Virus record (IMG/VR): IMGVR_UViG_3300045988_165575
Span: 1-37,825 of that record
Length of the DNA: 37,825 nt
DNA from: a virus
Direction: 5' to 3' (one strand)
Part shown: positions 32,935 through 37,825 of the stretch, in pieces
How the letters are laid out: every line of letters starts with the position of its first letter
Numbering within the stretch: the stretch's first letter is position 1
The notes under the pieces: generated by a model
The model's database searches: none
The model's input: the letters and a program-made list of their open reading frames with translations, nothing else
Told to the model about the DNA's origin: nothing
Program-made: the position numbers and the translations under genes

Positions 32935-32964
32935 GTTGTTTTATTTCTTTTTATGTGTTATACT
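32935..32964 (+). promoter_or_regulatory. Promoter-like repeat copy B, upstream of the Abi-alpha-like gene
   Basis: TTGTTT, a 17-nt spacer ending in TGt, and TATACT. It is a near-copy of 32495-32524. Confidence 0.5.
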
Positions 32965-33026
32965 TAATTTGTATATTCGCTTATTGAAACAGTTTTCAAT
33001 TGGCAAAAGAAAGGAATATGATATAA

Positions 33027-33797
33027 ATGGATACAAACATTGGATTAGGCGGCACAATTGAAAAAGCTTACGATGATCTTGTTCATCCGTCGGCGAAAAG
33101 AATCGGAGAGATTGTCAGTTTATTACCTCGTGCCATAGGCGTTGCTTTGACACCTCTTGAAAAATATGTGCTGAACGGAGAGTACTCATTAAAGGCAACA
33201 AAAAAGCTATTGGAAGAGAAACTTAAAGATGTTGACCCCGAACAAATAAAGACTCCTGAAGCCTATGTTGCAGTGCCTGCATTACAAGCAATCGCCTATA
33301 CTACCGACAATGAGACATTACGAGACTTATTCGCCAATCTGTTGGCGAAAGCAATGCAAGAAGATACTGCTGATACGGTTCATCCCGCATTTGTCGAGAT
33401 AATAAAGCAACTATCCCCTGACGATGCCTACACTTTGAAATGTTTTAAGAACTCACATAATCTCCCAATCGTCAATATCTGCGGAAATCCGCCTATCGCA
33501 ACGGAAAAGATTTCTGGTTTTTCAAATGTACACATCGTTCTTCATCAAAATGTATTCATTGCAAATTCGGAAATTGGCGATATAGGCAGACAAAGTACAT
33601 CAATTACATCACTTGATCGCCTTGGACTTGTTGACATAAGCTTTGATGGTTCAAGTCTCACAACGAGCTATGATGAATTTGAAAAATTGGCAATTTTCAA
33701 AAACAGCTTTAGCAATGTAATGCGAAAAGTTTATATTGAAAAAGGTCGAGCCTGCTTGAATCCATTCGGAGAGGCATTCATTAATGTCTGTCTTTAA
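33027..33797 (+). CDS. Abi-alpha (DUF4393)-like abortive infection candidate
   Basis: The N-terminus IEKAYDDLVHPSAKRIGEIV..., followed by LFANLLAKAM and HPAFVEIIKQLSPDDA, matches my recollection of the family. The gene looks AT-rich by eye. Confidence 0.55.
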   Translation: MDTNIGLGGTIEKAYDDLVHPSAKRIGEIVSLLPRAIGVALTPLEKYVLNGEYSLKATKKLLEEKLKDVDPEQIKTPEAYVAVPALQAIAYTTDNETLRDLFANLLAKAMQEDTADTVHPAFVEIIKQLSPDDAYTLKCFKNSHNLPIVNICGNPPIATEKISGFSNVHIVLHQNVFIANSEIGDIGRQSTSITSLDRLGLVDISFDGSSLTTSYDEFEKLAIFKNSFSNVMRKVYIEKGRACLNPFGEAFINVCL

Positions 33798-33954
33798 TGA
33801 CTTTCTCGATATACCTTTCAACAAATTCGGTGAGCATACGAGTCAACTCTTCGTTTTGCTTACCGATTTTTTTTTGCGCAGCAGACCAAAACCACTTCAA
33901 CCACAATATTGTCACTGCGCTTGATGTTATAACGGCTATTAGCATGTTGAGCAT
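33781..33954 (-). CDS. 57-aa small membrane protein
   Basis: ATG 33954 has AGGAG 8 nt upstream. The N-terminal TM is MLIAVITSSAVTILWLKWFW. It is convergent with the Abi gene and overlaps it by 17 nt. Confidence 0.45.
   Translation of the reverse strand: MLNMLIAVITSSAVTILWLKWFWSAAQKKIGKQNEELTRMLTEFVERYIEKVIKDRH
33827..33875 (+). terminator. Terminator of the Abi-alpha-like cassette
   Basis: tcggtgagca (33827-33836) pairs with tgcttaccga (33857-33866) at 9 of 10 positions and is followed by nine T residues. Confidence 0.6.
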
Positions 33955-34048
33955 AGTTTCATCTCCTTTCTTATTGCATTAATTTCATTTTCTTGCCATT
34001 CGCCTTTTGTGGCAGAGAGGGGTTAATTACACTGACCAAATATTTTAT

Positions 34049-34357
34049 TCAGTCCTCTGCAAACATCGCCATTTCAACGGCGTTGGCTATCATCGCGCGC
34101 ACGAAGTGTTCAAACTCCTTGTGCTGCATTACTCCGCCATGCTCGTTGTATTCAACCAGCGCCTGCGGTCGTATGTCGTAGCACCATTCTTTCTCGCGGA
34201 TATACGCGGTTCCGATCGGCAGCGCCTGCTTCTGCAGTCCGTTATAGATAAAGTCTTTCGGTCGTCCGAGATACCTCGCGGCCATCTCAACCGGCACGCT
34301 GCCGTCAATCGCGAGGATTTCTTCTTTTGTAGGCTTCGGTTTCAAAACTCGCGGCAT
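34049..34357 (-). CDS. Excisionase-like HTH DNA-binding protein
   Basis: VEMAARYLGRPKDFIYNGLQKQALPIGTAY resembles the HTH_17/excisionase-type small phage proteins. A GGAGG RBS precedes the start. Confidence 0.45.
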   Translation of the reverse strand: MPRVLKPKPTKEEILAIDGSVPVEMAARYLGRPKDFIYNGLQKQALPIGTAYIREKEWCYDIRPQALVEYNEHGGVMQHKEFEHFVRAMIANAVEMAMFAED

Positions 34358-34444
34358 TTTATGTACCTCCTTTTAAGTGATTGTAGTATGAAAATTTTTG
34401 TTTTTCTCCCCACCTCGTTTTCTTTTTTCAGCTTCTTTCTTCGG

Positions 34445-34678
34445 TTAACTGTAACTTGCGTTTTCACAAGTCGATGAGTAAAAAAAATAAAAGGAGACTC
34501 TTTCGACCGGCTCGCCTATAATCTCAAGTATTTTGAACATTTCGCTTTGCGTGAACTCCCTTGCACCGCAGAGCTTGCGGTTAATCGTCGCTTCGCTTTT
34601 TCCGACGCTTTTTGCAAGGCTTTTCTGGGTTATACCTCTTTGCCTCATTGCGCCGAGCAAATTTGAGTAATCATACAT
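34445..34678 (-). CDS. cro: Cro-like XRE-family repressor
   Basis: The HTH region is ITQKSLAKSVGKSEATINRKL. It is divergent from cI. The start is ATG 34678, with a GGAGGTGA RBS. Confidence 0.75.
   Translation of the reverse strand: MYDYSNLLGAMRQRGITQKSLAKSVGKSEATINRKLCGAREFTQSEMFKILEIIGEPVERVSFYFFYSSTCENASYS
34454..34471. promoter_or_regulatory. Operator copy ACTTGcgttttcaCAAGT inside the cro 3' end
   Basis: It is an exact copy of 34713-34730, with 5-bp inverted arms. Confidence 0.6.
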
Positions 34679-34704
34679 TATCGCTTTCACCTCCTTTTGG
34701 TTCG

Positions 34705-34733
34705 ATTATATCACTTGCGTTTTCACAAGTCAA
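34705..34733 (-). promoter_or_regulatory. Early lytic (cro) promoter
   Basis: On the minus strand: TTGACT, a 17-nt spacer ending in TGa, and TATAAT. Confidence 0.7.
34713..34730. promoter_or_regulatory. Operator ACTTG-N8-CAAGT in the cI/cro intergenic region
   Basis: It occupies the spacer and the -35 edge of the cro promoter. Half-site copies lie at 34738-34748 and 34773-34784. Confidence 0.65.
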
Positions 34734-34774
34734 TACTTTTTCACAAGTTTTTCAAAAGTTTTTTTCGTTTTTAC

Positions 34775-34803
34775 TTGCGTTTTCGTTGGCTTTGTGATAT
34801 TGT
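34775..34803 (+). promoter_or_regulatory. Repressor (cI) promoter
   Basis: TTGCGT, a 17-nt spacer ending in TGa, and TATTGT. It overlaps an operator half-site. Confidence 0.5.
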
Positions 34804-34821
34804 ATAGGCGAGGTGATCAAT

Positions 34822-35478
34822 ATGCCAAGCTTTGCAGAAAGATTAAATGAAGCCTTAGAACGCAGAAATATGACCGCAGCGGAACTTGCGAGAGCGTTGA
34901 ATGTCGCTGACGCTACAATAAGCAATTATAAAAAAGGAATCTACGCACCAAAACAAAGAAGAACTGAAGAAATATCAAAAATTTTAAATGTATCTATTCC
35001 GTGGTTAATGGGTGCAGATGTTCCCATGAAGCCGCTAAACCTCGTTTCTCCGAATGTGACCGAAGATGTTGTTACGTTCCCGGTAATAGGCAATATTGCT
35101 GCCGGATATGAAGAAATTGCAGTCGAGGATTGGAGCGGCGAAACCATAGATGTCCCACGCTCTTTTCTCAAGGGACGAAGCAAATCCGACTTTTTTGTTC
35201 TAAAGGTACACGGTGATTCAATGTACCCGACATACCACACTGACGATAAAGTCCTCATTCTTCGGCAAACCTTTATTGAGCGCAGCGGAGATGTTGGTGC
35301 CGTTATTTACGACAGCGAATGTGCGACACTCAAGCGTATCGATATCTTTGATGGCATGGTTAGGCTCAGCCCCCTCAATCCGTCATATCCGCCCAAAGAG
35401 TTAACCGGCACGGATCTCGAGCACTATCGCATCCTGGGCATACCGTATCTTCTTGTAAGGGAGATAATTAAAAACTAA
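34822..35478 (+). CDS. cI: cI/LexA-like repressor (HTH plus S24 peptidase domain)
   Basis: The HTH region is TAAELARALNVADATISNYKKG. The S24 motifs are HGDSMYPT and a downstream Lys. The start is ATG 34822, with a GAGGTGA RBS. Confidence 0.85.
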   Translation: MPSFAERLNEALERRNMTAAELARALNVADATISNYKKGIYAPKQRRTEEISKILNVSIPWLMGADVPMKPLNLVSPNVTEDVVTFPVIGNIAAGYEEIAVEDWSGETIDVPRSFLKGRSKSDFFVLKVHGDSMYPTYHTDDKVLILRQTFIERSGDVGAVIYDSECATLKRIDIFDGMVRLSPLNPSYPPKELTGTDLEHYRILGIPYLLVREIIKN

Positions 35479-35640
35479 TAGTAAAAGGTGGTTTAAAGTT
35501 TGAAAGAGAAGAATTTACAGATAGGTTTAAACCCGCTATTCTTGTTGATGGCGGATTTTACAGAAAATGCGCCAGAAGGCTATGGGGCAAAAAGAGCGCG
35601 AATCACAAATATATAAATTGAACGAGGGGGCTTCAAAACC

Positions 35641-36492
35641 ATGACTTCTGAAATAACCACATATAATGAGCAAATTTTTGAGGACATAAAACATATTAAC
35701 GACGACGGGCAGGAATATTGGCTTGCAAGAGAGCTTCAGACCGTTTTGGATTACACACAGTGGCGCCGTTTTTCAGATACGATTGAACGAGCAAAACTCG
35801 CCTGCAAGAACAGCGGATTTGCAATTGATGACCATTTTGCCGACGTTGGCAAAATGGTTGACATCGGCTCTGGCGCGGAGCGCGAGGTGGATGATGTTAT
35901 GCTTTCCAGGTATGCATGTTATCTGATTGTCATGAACGGGGATCCTCGCAAAGAAGTAATAGCTCTCGGGCAATCATACTTTGCCGTAAAAACGCGCCAG
36001 CAAGAGCTCATTGACAATTACGAAGAGCTGACCGAAGATCAGAAGAGGCTTGCCATTCGAAACGAGATGAAGCGCCACAATACAGCTCTTGCAAACGCCG
36101 CGCACGATGCCGGAATCATTGACCCCAAAGACTATGCAATCTTTCAGAATAAAGGATATCAAGGTCTCTACGGCGGTCTCGGTGCTAAAGATATTCACCG
36201 TCGAAAGGGATTAAAAAAGAGTCAAAATATTCTCGACCACATGGGCAGCACAGAACTCGCCGCCAATCTCTTTCGTGCAACTCAAACGGAAGAAAAGCTT
36301 CGCAGAGAAAATGTTCGCGGCAAAGAAAAGGCAAATCAAACGCACTATGATGTTGGAAGAAAAGTGAGAAAGACCATAGAAGAACTCGGCGGAGTCATGC
36401 CCGAGAATTTGCCGACACCCGAAAAGAGTATAGAGCAAATCAAAAGAGCAGAGGAGAAAAAACGCATTTCAGAAAAGACAAAAGATAAATAA
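35641..36492 (+). CDS. dinD: DNA damage-inducible protein D (DinD)-like protein
   Basis: WLARELQTVLDY..W..F...IERAK..C...G, LSRYACYLIVMNGDPRKE and QSYFAVKTR resemble DinD. Confidence 0.65.
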   Translation: MTSEITTYNEQIFEDIKHINDDGQEYWLARELQTVLDYTQWRRFSDTIERAKLACKNSGFAIDDHFADVGKMVDIGSGAEREVDDVMLSRYACYLIVMNGDPRKEVIALGQSYFAVKTRQQELIDNYEELTEDQKRLAIRNEMKRHNTALANAAHDAGIIDPKDYAIFQNKGYQGLYGGLGAKDIHRRKGLKKSQNILDHMGSTELAANLFRATQTEEKLRRENVRGKEKANQTHYDVGRKVRKTIEELGGVMPENLPTPEKSIEQIKRAEEKKRISEKTKDK

Positions 36493-36617
36493 AAGAACCC
36501 CCGGTGCTGGAACACCGAGGGCTCAAGAAAATCAACACACACCTACGACAGAGTGGATTGATATATTTATTATATCACCCGCTCTGAGGAAACACAAGTA
36601 AAGGAGCGGTGTTTTTT

Positions 36618-37676
36618 ATGAAAAATCCAAACGGATATGGAACGATCCGCAAACTCAGCGGAAACCGGCGCAAACCCTGGGCTGTTCTTGCTCCGCAGAG
36701 CAGCTCCGAATATTCCCTCGAAAAGCAACGCAAGCTGATAGGCTGCTACGCCACGAGGGCAGAGGCAATGACAGCTCTCGGCGCATGGCATAAGACTCCG
36801 CATCTTGATGTTCCGGCTTCTGCCGAAAACATCACACTCGCACAGCTGTGCGCCGAATATAAAAAATTACAGAAATTCAAGAATCTCGCGAAACAGACAC
36901 AGGATAATTATAATGCCGCATGGAACAAGCTTTCTGTACTCGGTTCATATAAAGTAAAAGATTTGCGAGCCGCCCATTTCCAGACAGTCGTTGACACGGC
37001 ACATCAGAACGGACTCTCCGCCTCTTCTCTGCAAAAAATAAAACTCTTCGCTTCCCTGCTTTGTGATTACGCCGTGCAAAATGACATTGTTGTCAAAAAT
37101 TATGCAAGCTTCGTCACCCTCCCAAAAGCAGAAACGAAAGAAAAGGTACCGTTCAGCGATCTCGATTTGCAAAAACTCGAGTCCGCCGCAAAGGCAGGCT
37201 TTATGTACGCAGACCTAATTCTGATTATGTGCTACACGGGTTGGAGAATCAATGAATTTTTGGCACTTACGCCGTTCAGCTGGGATGCCGCAAATCATAC
37301 TCTTCGCGGCGGCGAAAAGACCGAAGCCGGAAAGAATAGAGTTGTCCCGGTCTCCGATAAAGTAATGCCGTATCTGCAAAAGTGGCTCGATAAAGGTGGA
37401 CCGACAATAGTTTGCCATGAGCACAACGGCAAACTCGTCCCGGTAACAGCGCGCTACTTTCGCGCAAAATGGTACTACCCTACACTTGAGGCGCTCGACT
37501 TGCCTCGCCTGACGCCACACGCGACCAGGCACACATTTGCTTCTATGTTGCACCGCAACGGCGCCGATAAATGGGATATTCAGCGACTCATGGGACATTC
37601 TTCGGAAGTCGTTACCAATAAAGTCTACACCCATGTTGACATCGATCAGCTTCAAAAAGCGGTCAATTTGTTATAA
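36618..37676 (+). CDS. int: Tyrosine integrase
   Basis: The C-terminal catalytic region is HATRHTFASMLHRNGADKWDIQRLMGHSS...VYTHV. The gene is adjacent to attR. ATG 36618 is preferred over GTG 36609. Confidence 0.9.
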   Translation: MKNPNGYGTIRKLSGNRRKPWAVLAPQSSSEYSLEKQRKLIGCYATRAEAMTALGAWHKTPHLDVPASAENITLAQLCAEYKKLQKFKNLAKQTQDNYNAAWNKLSVLGSYKVKDLRAAHFQTVVDTAHQNGLSASSLQKIKLFASLLCDYAVQNDIVVKNYASFVTLPKAETKEKVPFSDLDLQKLESAAKAGFMYADLILIMCYTGWRINEFLALTPFSWDAANHTLRGGEKTEAGKNRVVPVSDKVMPYLQKWLDKGGPTIVCHEHNGKLVPVTARYFRAKWYYPTLEALDLPRLTPHATRHTFASMLHRNGADKWDIQRLMGHSSEVVTNKVYTHVDIDQLQKAVNLL

Positions 37677-37687
37677 TTAAGCACATG

Positions 37688-37722
37688 TGATTTTTTAACG
37701 GTTGGGAACAAATTGTGAACAC
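37688..37722. repeat. 35-bp perfect direct repeat, right copy (candidate attP arm site)
   Basis: Identical to 143-177. It starts 11 nt after the integrase stop codon. Confidence 0.8.
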
Positions 37723-37773
37723 ACATTCGCGTTTACCTATATATATCAACGTTTTTCGCGCAATCAACTATCC

Positions 37774-37825
37774 CTTTTAATCAAGGTGTCCGGAGTTCGA
37801 ATCTCCGATGGATCACCAAAGAGAA
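37774..37825. repeat. attR core (direct repeat copy 2); displaced tRNA 3' fragment
   Basis: Identical to 1-52. It is preceded by tatcc, which cannot pair with the anticodon-stem strand tcaag, so this copy is not a full tRNA. Confidence 0.85.

Larger units (their letters stand above)
1..37825. mobile_element. Integrated temperate siphovirus-type prophage, attL to attR
   Basis: Exact 52-nt direct repeats sit at both window ends. Integrase, cI/Cro switch, replication, packaging, head, tail and lysis modules are all present in canonical order. Confidence 0.9.

Noticed and set aside
1-37825. CRISPR arrays, reverse transcriptase-based systems (retron, DGR), transposases and IS elements
   Set aside because: No short regularly spaced repeats, no RT motifs (YxDD) and no transposase-like ORFs were seen in any frame. 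The only repeats are the att-related and promoter/operator copies listed above.

Overview
The window is one complete temperate, siphovirus-type prophage of about 37.7 kb. It is bounded by an exact 52-nt direct repeat (1-52 = 37774-37825) that corresponds to tRNA positions 32-76, with an anticodon loop consistent with Lys-UUU. Read right to left on the minus strand, the order is canonical. A tyrosine integrase, a DinD-like gene and a cI-type repressor lie on the plus strand. They are followed by a Cro-type switch with ACTTG-N8-CAAGT operators, and then an early/replication module (SleB-like hydrolase, DUF551, VRR-NUC, PcfK/PcfJ-like, DUF3102-like, HTH, Lar-like, HUH Rep-like). Next come YopX, a putative late regulator and an orphan N6/N4 DNA methyltransferase, then TerS/TerL, portal and MuF. 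The structural genes are scaffold, P22-coat-like capsid, head-tail adaptors, major tail protein, G/G-T chaperones with a -1 frameshift, tape measure, tail tip and fibres. The lysis module is holin plus NlpC/P60 endolysin. Several self-contained accessory cassettes interrupt this backbone, and they are the most interesting part. (1) The MuF head protein carries a low-GC C-terminal extension with a deaminase-like DxE...CxxC signature, followed by an ATGA-coupled, very acidic putative immunity gene. (2) An opposite-strand lipoprotein moron sits between tape measure and distal tail genes, with an in-frame TGA at its lipobox. (3) An Abi-alpha-like gene and small membrane ORFs lie antisense inside the early lytic operon, flanked by a duplicated promoter module. 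(4) An HKD/PLD-type nuclease gene is split by an in-frame TAA. (5) A 177-aa unknown gene has its own promoter and terminator. (6) A GC-rich gap of about 370 nt with no good ORF may be a structured RNA. All family assignments come from motif recognition by eye. No database search, GC computation or RNA folding could be run. Several start codons were moved from the ORF-track start to the first start with a visible Shine-Dalgarno sequence.
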